DNA from: Macrostomum lignano
Taxonomy: Eukaryota
DNA length: 64,000 nt
Direction: 5' to 3'
NCBI GenBank assembly: GCA_002269645.1
Contig: NIVC01000483.1
Location: 62,001-126,000, forward strand
A program made the translations under genes and the position numbers. The notes below the pieces were generated by a model. That model was given only the letters and a program-made list of their open reading frames with translations, made no database searches and was not told the DNA's origin. Positions 23,369 to 56,245 of this stretch are shown one piece after another (the stretch's first letter is position 1; each line of letters begins with the position of its first letter).

Positions 23369-24184
23369 TAAGTTAAATAGTATTTCAGTATTTGGGGTTG
23401 ATTAACATCCTTCCAGTCCAGACACTCGACTGCGGTAGTCTTCGGTTGCAACAGGCGGCGCCAGAAAAAAGCCGAATGCAAAGAGAGAAAAAAGAAGCAA
23501 CAAAAACACTGCCCCGGCCTATCTCTGCTTTGGCTCTCGTTCGCTTTAATTTTCCGAAAAAACCTCCTCTCTGTGGTCCCCAGGCCATCTCCACGTTCGG
23601 CCTGGCTATCGATGATCATGAATAATTAATGAGCTTTTTCCCCCAGCTTTCTATCATCCATCAGACCATCCATCGGCCTGGCAGAGATCAGGGATGCGGT
23701 GTCCCGGGAAGAGATGTGGGCGCTGAGGGAGCAGCGAAAACCACAAAAACCGGCGTGTACAACGAAAATCACACTAAATTGCATTTTAGCCTTGTTAATT
23801 AGAAAAATAATTTCAGGAGAAAGGCTGTGGGCTCGCCGGCGACATCGGGCCCACAACCAGCTCGCACCTGAGCTGCCTCTGCTTCGAGACCTTGGCTAGG
23901 CCATAAAAAATATAACTGAACCCGTCATAAAATACAAAATCGATTGAAAAAAGCTTTCTGCATGAGCCCCCTTCCAGGGAGCAGAGAGGAGAAGTTAAGG
24001 TGATTGTAAAGATTGCTTTGCAAGGAGCTTGTAAATTTGCTAGAATTTTTCCCAGATATTTAAGAGCAGAGTGCTTCCAACTGCACCAAGTTTGATGCTG
24101 TCAACTGCCGCTGTTACAAACTGTATAGAGATTCTGTAGACATACCTGTGGATTTTAGGAGACTTTCAGTTGAGTGGTTGCCAT

Positions 24185-24392
24185 CCCTGTAGACATGCCT
24201 GTAGATATCCCTGTAGACATGCCTGTAGATATCCCCCTGTAGACATCCCTGTGGATATCCCTGCAGATATTTCTGTAGATGTCCCTGCAGATATTTCTGT
24301 AGATAGCCCTGTAGATATCCCTGTAGATATCCCTGTAGACATCATGTAGATATCTCTGTAGATATCCCCTGTAGATATCTCTGTAGATGCTT
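24185..24392. repeat. 11-12-bp minisatellite (CCTGTAGATAT)
   Basis: Direct reading. Confidence 0.85.
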
Positions 24393-24843
24393 TTAATAGA
24401 TGACTTTGCAAATGTCGATGTAGATTCTCTATGCTATATTTTTATACAGATTCCAACGAAGCTATTCGTATCCAGATGACCTATAGATGCTCCCTAGATA
24501 TCCCAAACTATAACTGATTCTCATACATGTAGATGTCTGCGAGCACAAAAACTCCATCCATGCCTTTCCTATGATAATTATAAGTACTAAAATAGCTGGT
24601 CAAAATTTATTGTTTACATTGACAACATACAATTGGCACTGAGACTATCTGCGAGTGCGAGGCGCAGCGCTGAGTCTGCTCAGATTTTATTGATACAGTG
24701 AGTATTCTGCCGGCAGTGTAGGCACAGACAAAATTCTGAAGCCCAAAGCAAACAAGTAATCGTGTTTTTGAATCAATACAAACTCTAGTAACTGAGATTT
24801 GCTCCACAAAATTCTACAGAGTTATTTAATTAGTTTGTTTCTT

Positions 24844-25172
<329 letters not shown>

Positions 25173-27589
25173 TAACGCTGATTGTGGGACGGATGTCACC
25201 GAAGGGAGCTCACAACCCTCCAGCAGCCAGTCCTAGTCGCTACTCCAGATGCCTATAGTTCTAGTTCTCCATGTAACCTTTTGTCTAAAAGCAATCGTTT
25301 AAATTGGATAAGGTTGCTTCACGGCTGCGTCACTCTATTCTAAAAGTGAATTGCTGATTCAGTATAAGGCTGCAGCGCCCAAGAGACAGTGAAAGGGGTT
25401 GAAAATCCAATTTGGCTGATGGATTCCTCATTTCCTTCTGAAATAACTGCATAGACCATATGGAGCTGGCCCCTTTATCGTGTGACAACTCACGCCAGCT
25501 ATAGTCAACCAGCAGTCAGTTGCGCGTTATTATATACCCCCGTTACCTACCCTACCCTTGTTGACTAATCTACTCCCGCTGCCTACTATACCCCCCACAC
25601 CAGGCAACATAGTAGGCCCGTTGCCTACTCTACCCCAGCTGCCGACTCTAAGCCAGCAGCCTATATACTCTACTACCGCTGCCTAATCTACTATTTTATA
25701 TCGCTGCTTAACACTACCTTCACTGCGAATAAATAGATACACATGTATTTAAAGTAGACGGGTTCAAAATGAAAGGCACACAAAAAGCATTATAAGCCTG
25801 AAATTTGAATTCACGCCAAAACCAGTAGCTATATATAACGAATGTCCGTGCTTGAAAATTAATTATATATTTGTTTTTTTTAACCGGATGCCCCCACCGT
25901 AGCGTGGCAACTAAAAGCTATCAATTTTATGACAAAACTTTTCTGTTCGTTACTTTGGTTTAAAGCGAAAAGCCATTATAAGAATATAATAAAATACATT
26001 ATTTCTTATTCGCAAAGTACGAGCTAGCTAATTTCTTCCCAAAGGCAAGAAGCAACTGTTGATGGGAAAACTAGAAATAATAATAATAATAAAACAGCAT
26101 TACGATCAATTGATAAAACAAAATTGCAAAGCGAATTTTATGCAAATGATAGCTAAAGTACTGACACCGTTTGATAAAACAAACTAAACGGTTTTGTTTT
26201 AATTTTAATCACGAATCGAAGTGAACCGCTTTAAAATCTTCTTAATAATACATTTTCTAAAAAAATGAGATTCTAGATAAACAAATAACTGATTTATTAA
26301 TTTGTTTTGTATATAAAGTAAATCAAAACAACAGCCAAATACGGGAACAGAATGGGTTGTATACATAAATATTCCTAAAACTGTTTTTACTTTAAATGTC
26401 CAATTCAGCGCTGCTTTGTTGTAAAAATATATCTAAATAAATCATAACGATATTTTATCGGACTTTACTTGTATGCATAAAAGTACATCATATCAAATTA
26501 TATTCTAGTGAACAGCATATACATGTCAAGGACGACTAGGAACACTTCGTTATAGTCTAGTAGTCCTTGATACATGTACAGTGTGTATAGTACAATAAGT
26601 GTAAAATACTGGGTAATTTAGATTCCCTAATATTATTATTAGCACGAAGTACGCTCGTAATATAATAATTACTTGGTTTCATATACATATTGTTTACTAT
26701 TAAACATCATATCACAGTGCAGAAATTTTTAAGGATTCATAACATTACATAAAACAACAAATACAACTTTGCTGAAAAATTTAGGAAGTGCCACGAATAA
26801 GAGAAAACAAATGATTTGGACACATGAAAAATAATGATTTGCCATTTTCGAAAGAACTAAAACTAAAATTTTATTCAAAATTCAGCAACAAAAGTATCCA
26901 GGTCGATACAGCGAATTTTCAACGCATCACAAAGCCGGAAATTCCGGTATCATAGATTTGTTATAAATAGCGAAATAAGCCTTGAACCAACAACAGACTG
27001 CGCACAAACAACGAGGCAATTAATACAACAATCTAGTACTGATGGGTAAAATCGCCCTCTCCGATTTTACTATTGACAAAATTAACTACACGAAATCCGA
27101 GTCCAACTTTTTCCGGCTTTTTTGGTGTCTCTTTTTGGTTCACACGGACATTTTCGACAACGAGAGAGAAGCCCATTTAAACATAGAATAAGTTTTTTTA
27201 AACGACACTAATTATTACACCGAGTAAAGTGGGTTTTCTCCAATATTAAAAAAATACGTACCTGGTGCTTAATAAACTGCCGTTGCTGTGCAGGTGAGGT
27301 GGCCGCGGCTTTGAGAAACGAAACACCAATCGCGAACACAATAAAAACCTCGATTTGAGCGAACAGAAGCAGAGCAGCGCGAAGCAAAAAAAATTAAATT
27401 GCTTTGCTTTTCTCTAGTTTTATCCGACACCAAAAATTAGAAAATGACTAGCAATCTTCGCCCCCCGTTGGGGGACATCTGTATAGAATCTCTGTTCTCT
27501 ACAAGTAATAAGAAGATAGCCAAATAAAGCTTTCACAAAGAAAACAAACAAACTACTCAAATGAAGTGCAATGCAAAAAAAATCATCCC

Positions 27590-27790
27590 AAGACAGCAAG
27601 CATCCCCCAGATAGCAAGCATCCCCCAGATTGCAAGCATCAACCAAATAGCAAGCATCCCCCAGATAGCAAGCATCCCCAGATAGCAAGCATCCCCCAGA
27701 TAGCAAGCATCCCCCAGATAGCAAGCACCCCCTAGATAGCAAGAATCCCCCAGATAGATAGCATCCCCAAATAGCAAGCATCCACCAGAC
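27590..27790. repeat. 18-bp minisatellite (GATAGCAAGCATCCCCCA)
   Basis: About 11 copies. Confidence 0.9.
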
Positions 27791-27869
27791 AATAAGTAGC
27801 TAGTGCGACAATTTCCTTAGCATTATAGTGGCTCCTTTAAAATTCACTCACTTTTACATTTTGAATTGT

Positions 27870-29670
27870 GTATCTTTTATGTTTGACATAGTGGCTCTTT
27901 TATGTTTGAAATGAAGTCACTTATATGTTTGACATGGTGAATCTTTTAAATTTTTTACAGGTTGGCTCTTTAATTTTCAACATGGTGGCTCTTTTATGTT
28001 CTACATGGTGGTTCTTTTATGTTCGACATGGTGGCTCCTTTATGTTCAACATGGTGGCTCCTTTATGTTCGACATGGTGGCTCTTTAATGTTTGACATGG
28101 TGGCTTTTTAATGTTTGACATAGTGGCTCTTTAATATTCAACAAAGTGGCTCTTTAATGTTTGACATAATGACTCTTTAATGTTCAAAATGGTGGCTCTT
28201 TAATGTTTGACATGGTGGCTCTTTTATGTTTGAAATGAAGTCACTTATATGTTTGACATGGTGACTCTTTAATGTTCAAAATTGTGGCTCTTTAATGTTT
28301 GACATGGTGGCTCTTTTATGTTTGAAATGAAGTCACTTATATGTTTGACATGGTGAATCTTTTAAATGTTTTACAGGTTGGCTCTTTAATTTTCAACATG
28401 GTGGCTCTTTTATGTTCGAAATGGTGGCTCTTTTATATCAGACATGGTGGCTCTTTTATGTTCTACATGGTGGTTCTTTTATGTTCAACATGGTGGCTCC
28501 TTTATGTTCAACATGGTGGCTCCTTTATGTTCGACATGGTGGCTCTTTAATGTTTGACATGGTGGCTTTTTAATGTTTGACATAGTGGCTCTTTAATATT
28601 CAACAAAGTGGCTCTTTAATGTTTGACATGGTGACTCTTTAATGTTCAAAATTGTGGCTCTTTAATGTTTGACATGGTGGCTCTTTAATGTTCAACATAG
28701 TGGCTCTTTAATGTTCGACACGATGGCACTTTAATGTTTGACATGGTGGCTCTTTAATGTTTGACATGGTAGCTCTTTAATGTTCGACACGATGGCACTT
28801 TAAAGTTTGACATGGTGGTTCTTTAATGTTTGATATGGTAGCTCTTTAATGTTCGACATGGTGGCTCTTTAATGGTCGAAATGTTTTTTTTGTTTTATAG
28901 TGGCTCTTTAATGTTCAACATGGTAGCTCTTTTTGTTTGAAATAAAGTCTCTTATATGTTTGACATGGTGGCTCTTTAATGTTCAGCATGATGGCTCTTT
29001 AATGTTCAACATGAAGTCACGTATATGTTTGATATAGAGTCACATATATGTTTTACATAGTGGCTCTTTTATGTTTGACATGGTGGCTCTTTTATGTTTG
29101 AAATGGTGGCTCTTTAATGTTTGACATGGTGGCTCTTTTCTGCTTGACATGATGGTTCTTTTATGTTTGAAATGGTAGCTCTTTAATGTTTGATATAGTG
29201 GCTCTTTTATGTTTGAAATGGTGGCTCTTTAATGTTTGACATGGTGGCTCTTTAATGTCAACATAGTGGCTCCTTTATGTTCAACATGAATGGCTCTTTT
29301 ATATTAGACATGGTGGCCCTTTAATGTTTGACATGGTGGCTCTTTTCTGGTTGACATGATGGTTCTTTTATGTTTGAAATGGTAGCTCTTTAATGTTTGA
29401 TATAGTGGCTCTTTAATGTTTGACATGGTGGCTCTATTATGTTTACATGGTAACTCTTTAATTTTTGACATTGTGGCCCTTTAATGTTCGAAATGGTGGC
29501 TCTTTAATGTTTGACATGGTAGCTCTTTAATGTTCGACATGGTGGCTCTAATGTTGGACATTGTGGCTCTTTTATGTTTGACATGGTGGCTCTTTGATGT
29601 TTGACATGGTGGCTCTTTAATGTTCGACATGGAGGCACGTATATGCTTGGCATGATGGCCCTTTTATGTT
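27870..29670. repeat. 1.8-kb degenerate 23-bp satellite (TTTGACATGGTGGCTCTTTAATG) with higher-order blocks
   Basis: Monomers visible throughout; the block starting near 27900 recurs near 28320. Confidence 0.92.
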
Positions 29671-29713
29671 TAGCATTTTGTGTTTTTAGGGTGTTTTAAC
29701 AAAAAAATTATTT

Positions 29714-29782
29714 TGCTCTACTAAGATTCGAACCCAGGTCACTACATTAGCAGTCCAGTCTACTCGCATCTAGGCTATCTCT
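29714..29782 (-). pseudogene. tRNA-like relic or tRNA-derived SINE head
   Basis: A-box-like TAGCCTAGATGCG, loop CTGCTAA and B-box GGTTCGAATC; the acceptor stem does not pair. Confidence 0.45.
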
Positions 29783-30791
29783 TTTTAATTTGAGAACATG
29801 AATTGTGGCCCTTTTAATTCAATTCTTACAGCAAGTCAATTGGAGTAAAAAGTTATGACATAATCAATTTCTCAGTCAGCCAGTATCAGTCCCAATTTAA
29901 GTTAGCAATATTGGTTACGCAATTTCTATCAAGTCGTGTGTGCATTTCTTTGACACTGTTTTCAACTTTTTGTGATGCAATCTTTATCACAATCGGAATT
30001 CAGTCAGTCAGTTTTTTCTCTAGCATTCTTACAATGCATTTCAAGTCAAAAATTTGGCTTGACCTTTGCAAAAAAGCATGTTTTTCGAATATTTAATCCC
30101 TTTAAAATTGAGCAATTTCTTAGCCAAGATGCATGTACCGTCCCAGAAAAATTTCTGATCAAATGGTGCAAGTTTGAAGAAAATCGGTTAAGCCGTTTTT
30201 TCTGAAATCTATCTCACAGAGACACACATTTCATTTTTAGTATATAGGATAGTGCATGGCTCGTATGAAACCCAAAAGTTTTATGGTACGTGATAGTTAG
30301 AAATAAGAAAGAAATTACCGAGTGTGCTCTCTAATGAAAGCGACGCGTTTTAGATTGACATTCATTTTGCCCCTCCATTTTGCTTAAAAAGGCATTCCCT
30401 ACGTTTTTATCAACGGATTTGACACCTAAACTGTGCAAATTTTACCATAAAATAGGTTGGGTAACTACACCATTCAGAATGATCTTACTAAGTAAGCTCA
30501 AAATTATATAGTAAGGAAAATATTGAAAGGTTAAAAATAATAAATAAATTTCTATGAAAATAGTGAAAGAATAAAACAAGAATCAGTTTCTGCTCGGCTA
30601 GAAAAGTCGTTAAATTTTTCGAAACTTCTCCACACTTCGTATCGTATTGAGCAAATTAATAAAATCATTAAACAAATGGAACTAGTTGACCCCAACTAAA
30701 GTCTAAAGATCCCCATTACAAATATATGGCTCGATGGCTTTTTGTCCATAAATAGGTATATTTGTCGCAAAAATATATGGATAGAATTAAT

Positions 30792-42187
<11,396 letters not shown>

Positions 42188-42373
42188 TTGAGCTCGAAAA
42201 AGGAATACAATAATTAGACTGCGACTTTGCTGTCAGATGCATGCAGTAGGTTTTTTAATTTATTAGTCAGGAAAATTTTAAGTTTGAGTAAAATTTTTGT
42301 CAGCTGATTGCTTATGAATTAGCAAGGACTCTAGTGTTTCAAATCGATATTTGAAACACTAGAGTATAATTTT

Positions 42374-45300
42374 TGGAATAAAACAGTTGAAAATTAATTT
42401 GTTCACATAAAATATTGTGTATATTGATTGATTGATAAGAGGCATTGGCTGAACTCTTAGTATATATCTTAAATATAGTTTTTGTGTATATATAATTTAA
42501 CTGAAAGGATAAGCTAACAATATGTATATGCGTTAATTTTTTAGGAATCTTTTTTAAAATATTGTGAGAAATTTAGTCCTAAAATATAATTTTATTACGA
42601 ACCATAATCAATAATGTATATTTTATTTAAATACAAAATGCACTAGATTGCAGGGGAAAAATAAAGAATGTTTGGCAAAAAATGAATGACAGAATAAAAT
42701 TAAACTGGCTATTTAAATTTTTTAGAAATTTTATCTACAGGCAAAACTATAGTTAAATAAATGATTATAATGTAAAATTTGTAAAATTATTGCTTTTCTT
42801 GGCCTTCATTTTAAAAAAGTCAAAATCAGATAGTCTAATAGAAAGGTGTAATTATATCATTTCTCCTTTTATATAGCTTGGCCCGATTTCTAAGTTTTGA
42901 ATACAATAATTAACACCACCATCCACCAATTAACTCATTAACACTCTTGTCAGGACTGGTTTCTTTCATAATATAGTATTTCCAATATACATTTGTATTA
43001 TACAGTGATTTTATACTATAAAAATGAACCTGACGAGGGAGGAGTTTTGTAAGATTATGCTATTTTTTCGTTTTTTTAACCTACTGTACGCTCGTAGACG
43101 GAACATGCGGCACATGCAAATTCATTTCTAAGGACAAATTACAAGTTAAAAATGTAACATTTCTGGGCTACATAGCCGCCAAACAAATTTAAAAATAACT
43201 GTTTTAAAGTTTATTAAAAAACCGTTTTAAAAAAAGTTTCTATAAATAAGGTTTAACTTCGATGGTATTTTAAAGCAACATTTTTTTCTAGGGCAAAACC
43301 GTTTTGTTTTATCTTAAAGTGAGCACGAAAAATGAAATAAGATTTTACGCGACTATTTTTACTACCACGGCTCGTTACATTCTGATTATGTAATTACAAC
43401 AGTAGGCTTCCTAGCAGTAGTATGCACGTATGATCACGCATTAGTTAGTCCAGTGTACCTGTTTTAAACTACGGACTTACATGTAAATAGAATTATTATT
43501 CACTTCATTTTCTATTTCTTACCCACGGTTATTTCATAAAAATCTCAGAAAAGGCTAATTGAAAACTTGTTCTTCTGGCCTTCACGGATGCAAATATAAA
43601 ATTCACGTTTGCAGTCAGTCAGTCAGTTTTTAGGAGAGCAGATTCTGCAGCAATTGAATTTTTCACTTTGTTAATGCAAATTATGGACAATTTCAAAAGC
43701 CTTTTATGATAAATGATTATGGGAAACTTGGAGACTTTCATCGATTGTTTTTTATTTAAATTTACCTATTTCATCTCAGGACTGATAACTTACCTAACAA
43801 AAAAATCACTGTGCCAATGCAATTTTTATGCATAAAATACACTGTACACAGTGTAAAGTGTATGGAATACACGTGCAAAATTTACAAACAGATAACAATG
43901 TAGAGCTTCTCGACGAATTTTTCTATGAAGGCTTCTAAAATCTGTCAAAAGGGAAAATTAGCCCATAAGTATTTAAGTCTTACTCATTGTATTTTACGAT
44001 CGTATCGAAAGATAATTTACAAGAAGTATTTCCTTTGAAACGATAGTACGATTAATTGCTATAAAATTAATGCTAATAGTTTTTACGTCATAATCCAGCT
44101 AATTGACTGCTAAAAAGTATCGTCAATCCATGATGCCTCACACTCAGTAACAGTGGCCTGACCAATAGCAGTACTGTTGGCATCCATAATTTCTTACGCC
44201 TCAATGCAGCGGATCTAGAAGCGAAAAATTAAATCGCGATTCGCAAAGCGTCGCGACAGGCTATAACCGGTGTAGTCATGGAAACCAACCCGGTGGCAAT
44301 AGAGCGAATTAGACAAAGACGCAGACTGAGAAGACCCGGCTGCTCGAGGATCGCCTAGTCCGCAGCCCCGAAGCAGTTCGCATAGTCGCCAAGGCTTCAA
44401 ACGCGCGTCGTTTTCTTGACTTGCCGGTCCCCTTGTCCATTTCGGCTCCTGAGGAGCTGTCCTCCCTCAGGTCGTTGGTGCTATCGCATCTGCTACTGCT
44501 GCTACTGCTTCTGCTGCTACTCTTCCCTCGGTAGGCTTTGTTTCCACACGTACTTTCGACTACGGGCGTTTTTATACGCAATCTTGATCGCCTTGGTGAG
44601 TGTCTACTATCTACTTGTCGTCTTGGTAGTGCGCGTCTTCGTAGAGTAGGCAGTACTGGCTGCAGGTCGGTCCTGGGGTCTCTCGCGCGACTTAAGTCGA
44701 GTTGGGTAGCGATGGCATAGGCTGGCGTACTCTAGCTGCGTTGAGACTCTCTACGCGTGGTTCGGTATGAGAACAGAATTTTTTTACATTTGAAACAATA
44801 AGCCAAGCGAAAAAACTTTCCGTTGTTAGTTTCCGAACTAAAATAACTTTTTTCTAAATGGAAACCTCATTAAAACAAACATACATGCACATACGCTCGC
44901 ATCAAACCGTAAAAAATAAGTTTTAGCGTCCTTGGACAAAACGCATAGATTCTCTGTTGTTTTGTGATTCATAAAGCNNNNNNNNNNNNNNNNNNNNNNN
45001 NNNNNNNNNNTGGAATAAAACAGTTGAAAATTAATTTGTTCACATAAAATATTGTGTATATTGATTGATTGATAAGAGGCATTGGCTGAACTCTTAGTAT
45101 ATATCTTAAATATAGTTTTTGTGTATATATAATTTAACTGAAAGGATAAGCTAACAATATGTATATGCGTTAATTTTTTGGAATCTTTTTTAAAATATTG
45201 TGAGAAATTTAGTCCTAAAATATAATTTTATTACGAACCATAATCAATAATGTATATTTTATTTAAATACAAAATGCACTAGATTGCAGGGGAAAAATAA

Positions 45301-47610
45301 AGAATGTTTGGCAAAAAATGAATGACAGAATAAAATTAAACTGGCTATTTAAATTTTTAGAAATTTTATCTACAGGCAAAACTATGGTTAAATAAATGAT
45401 TATAATGTAAAATTTGTAAAATTATTGCTTTTCTTGGCCTTCATTTTAAAAAAGTCAAAATCAGATAGTCTAATAGAAAGGTGTAATTATATCATTTCTC
45501 CTTTTATATAGCTTGGCCCGATTTCTAAGTTTTGAATACAATAATTAACACCACCATCCACCAATTAACTCATTAACACTCTTGTCAGGACTGGTTTCTT
45601 TCATAATATAGTATTTCCATAATATACATTTGTATTATACAGTGATTTTATACTATAAAAATGAACCTGACGAGGGAGGAGTTTTGTAAGATTATGCTAT
45701 TTTTCGTTTTTTTAACCTACTGTAGCGCTCGTAGACGGAACATGCGGCACATGCAAATTCATTTCTAAGGACAAATTACAAGTTAAAAATGTAACATTTC
45801 TGGGCTACATAGCCGCCAAACAAATTTAAAATAACTGTTTTAAAGTTTATTAAAAAACCGTTTTAAAAAAAGTTTCTATAAATAAGGTTTAACTTCGATG
45901 GTATTTTAAAGCAACATTTTTTTTCTAGGGCAAAACCGTTTTGTTTTATCTTAAAGTGAGCACGAAAAATGAAATAAGATTTTACGCGACTATTTTTACT
46001 ACCACGGCTCGTTACATTCTGATTATGTAATTACAACAGTAGGCTTCCTAGCAGTAGTATGCACGTATGATCACGCATTAGTTAGTCCAGTTACCTGTTT
46101 TAAACTACGGACTTACATGTAAATAGAATTATTATTCACTTCATTTTCTATTTCTTACCCACGGTTATTTCATAAAATCTCAGAAAAGGCTAATTGAAAA
46201 CTTGTTCTTCTGGCCTTCACGGATGCAAATATAAAATTCACGTTTGCAGTCAGTCAGTCAGTTTTTAGGAGAGCAGATTCTGCAGCAATTGAATTTTTCA
46301 CTTTGTTAATGCAAATTATGGACAATTTCAAAAGCCTTTTATGATAAATGATTATGGGAAACTTGGAGACTTTCATCGATTGTTTTTTATTTAAATTTAC
46401 CTATTTCATCTCAGGACTGATAACTTACCTAACAAAAAAATCACTGTGCAATGCAATTTTATGCATAAAATACACTGTACACAGTGTAAAGTGTATGGAA
46501 TACACGTGCAAAATTTACAAACAGATAACAATGTAGAGCTTCTCGACGAATTTTTCTATGAAGGCTTCTAAAATCTGTCAAAGGGAAAATTAGCCATAAG
46601 TATTTAAGTCTTACTCATTGTATTTTACGATCGTATCGAAAGATAATTTACAAGAAGTATTTCCTTTGAAACGATAGTACGATTAATTGCTATAAAATTA
46701 ATGCTAATAGTTTTTACGTCATAATCCAGCTAATTGACTGCTAAAAAGTATCGTCAATCCATGATGCCTCACACTCAGTAACAGTGGCCTGACCAATAGC
46801 AGTACTGTTGGCATCCATAATTTCTTTACGCCTCAATGCAGCGGATCTAGAAGCGGTAAAAATTAATCGCGATTCGCAAAGCGTCGCGACAGGCTATAAC
46901 CGGTGTAGTCATGGAAACCAACCCGGTGGCAATAGAGCGAATTAGACAAAGACGCAGACTGAGAAGACCCGCGCTGCTCGAGGATCGCCTAGTCCGCAGC
47001 CCCGAAGCAGTTCGCATAGTCGCCAAGGCTTCAAAACGCCGTCGTTTTCTTGACTTGCCGGTCCCTTGTCCATTTCGGCTCCTGAGGAGCTGTCCTCCCT
47101 CAGGTCGTTGGTGCTATCGCATCTGCTACTGCTGCTACTGCTTCTGCTGCTACTCTTCCCTCGTAGGCTTTGTTTCCACACGTACTTTCGACTACGGGCG
47201 TTTTTTATACGCAATCTTGATCGCCTTGGTGAGTGTCTACTATCTACTTCTGTCGTCTTGGTAGTGCGCGTCTTCGTAGAGTAGGCAGTACTGGCTGCAG
47301 GTCGGTCCTGGGGTCTCTCGCGCGACTTAAGTCGAGTTGGGTAGCGATGGCATAGGCTGGCGTACTCTAGCTGCGTTGAGACTCTCTACGCGTGGTTCGG
47401 TATGAGAACAGAATTTTTTTCATTTGAAACAATAAGCCAAGCGAAAAACTTTCCGTTGTTAGTTTTCCGAACTAAAATAACTTTTTTCTAAATGGAAACC
47501 TCATTAAAACAAACATACATGCACATACGCTCGCATCAAACCGTAAAAAATAAGTTTTAGCGTCCTTGACAAAACGCATAGATTCTCTGTTGTTTTGTGA
47601 TTCATAAAGC
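42374..47610. other. 2.6-kb tandem duplication (42374-44977 and 45011-47610) around a 33-N gap; probable unmerged contig overlap
   Basis: The copies end and start exactly at the gap 44978-45010 and differ mainly by 1-2-bp indels. Confidence 0.85.
46940..47385 (-). CDS. Possible terminal Ser/Arg-rich cytoplasmic exon of the EGF/TSP1/TM gene (duplicated at about 44310-44750)
   Basis: CGTAG acceptor then an open frame RVSTQLEYASL...SSSRSSSSSSRCDS; a 22-nt candidate microexon 47821-47800 is phase-compatible; no domain recognised. Confidence 0.3.
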
Positions 47611-48207
47611 CGGATAGATGTACGTCGTATTAGGAATAATGCGATTGCAGCTCAATGGCTGTAACCATTACATGTATATACAATAAATAAAACAAACATA
47701 TTTCTTACATGCAGCGTGTAGGTTGGCAAAAGTGGAGGGAGTCTAACGTCAGTAAACCTGACATTGGGAGACCGAATCTCCGACATGACGTCGACTTACT
47801 GGACTAGTTTCTTTCAAACTCCTAAAGCTGAGTATTTTCTGCCTATCCATATAAATAAATTGGGGATGAAATGAACCACAGCTCAAGGCGACTGCCACAG
47901 TTTCGGGATAGGCAGAGACGCAGCACTCATTCATTCATCAAGTTCCATCGCGCAGTTTGCGGAGACGTATTGTTACACTATGCGCGGGAAAAGGAAGTTG
48001 AGATGCTCTGCTCTTCTCTTGCTTTTCTTTCTTCTGCTGCAATGCAAATTCTGCATTGAGTCTGCTGTCTGAAATTTGGCAGGTCTGCGAGTGGCAGTCA
48101 ATGGCAACCTTTGAGAGGGCTGTGCGATGGAGCTTTTCTCTGGCCAACATATGGGCCATTTAGGTCAGTGAAATACCGTTACTCAAAAGCAATGTGCCGC
48201 CTAAAGG

Positions 48208-48750
<543 letters not shown>

Positions 48751-49133
48751 TGTGTAATGTATTAAATAATCGATTTAATAGTCACTGATAATAGAGTAAA
48801 TTCATTAAGTATAGAATTATTTCCTAACCGCAGGATAATGATTTAACAGATTTGTTTTGAAATGTAGGATTTTAACAGCTATACTTCTAGTGTAATAAAT
48901 TTTTTAGCTGCAGGTCGCGTGGTCATAGGCAGTGGTCGATCTTGTACCAAATTGAATGAGTTAGTTTGTGCTATGAGTGCAACAAGTAAGAAACATATTT
49001 CTAGTAAAGAACAAAAAACCCTAGCAAAAACGGATCATGGAATTGAATTTTTCGTTAACAACGGAACTGAGGATGTAAGGACAAAATATTTCATTGAACA
49101 ACTCAAGAGCTTGCGGTACAGATGTTCACGGAT

Positions 49134-55270
<6,137 letters not shown>

Positions 55271-56245
55271 AGCTTGCAGCTGGTCGTTTTTTCAGTAATC
55301 ACCGTCTGCAGCTTCTTCGACTTCTCAGAAGAACGAAACGTCATCGGATCGACGCTTTTGCCAACAATGCACATGAATCCTTTGTTAAAGTAGCGACCGA
55401 CTATCATAGTGAGCGTTCCTATTAGGTAGAGGTCAGATTTGGCGTAATCCTGGCACACAACGGAATCGTTAACCGACAATATCTGCCAGTCAAGAAGATA
55501 AACTGTAGAAACTCTAGTCTTTTTGCTGTAGTTGATTCGATCAAAATCTTTACGTTTCATGTCCCGCAATAAGGTTGGACTGATTGAACGAACGGTAACG
55601 TGAGTGACTAGAGCTTGGTAGGGTAGTTCAATTATTATCCAATGGTAGCCTGCATCCACGGCCGAATACTTTTTCTCGTGCGATGCGTAAGTATTGACGT
55701 CATCGTCCACGGCCATCTGCGGCCCGTACTGTGATAGCGACTCATCCGAGACGCTTGACATCCAGGCGCGTGTATTTAACAGAGGTACCTCCTCGTACTG
55801 GATGCCCGCATGGTCAATCTTTCGTTGATCTATTTTCTGTCGACAGGCTAGCGAGATGCAGGCCCGGGCAGTGTAGCCCATAGTGCTGCAACCCGAGCCA
55901 TAGGCTATACGCTGAGGAGACGGCAACTCCTCGTACAGTAAGTAGCACTTATGACAAACGCACTGGTTAGGATCGGACAGCGACAGAAAGTGCACGCTGA
56001 CGCACCTCTTGTCGTAGGCGCACCAATTTAAGCAGTCTTGCAAGAATATACTATTGCAGTAGTGCTTGCCGGCTTTTGAGAGTCGTGTTTTCGTAAACGG
56101 CGTCTCCTGGCCTAGTCCGGGCATGCACGATAGCTGAATTAAGTCGCTGTGATCGCATGCGAAGATATTGTTAGTTGTCTGTTTCGCTTGCAATAAAATA
56201 AGTGATTGTGCCGCTAAAAATGACCACAGTAAGAACATGGTTTAA

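Noticed and set aside
55285-55295. Canonical -1 programmed ribosomal frameshift at AAAAAAC
   Set aside because: The heptamer is not in the X XXY YYZ phase and no stimulatory structure is evident; a sequencing indel is more likely.
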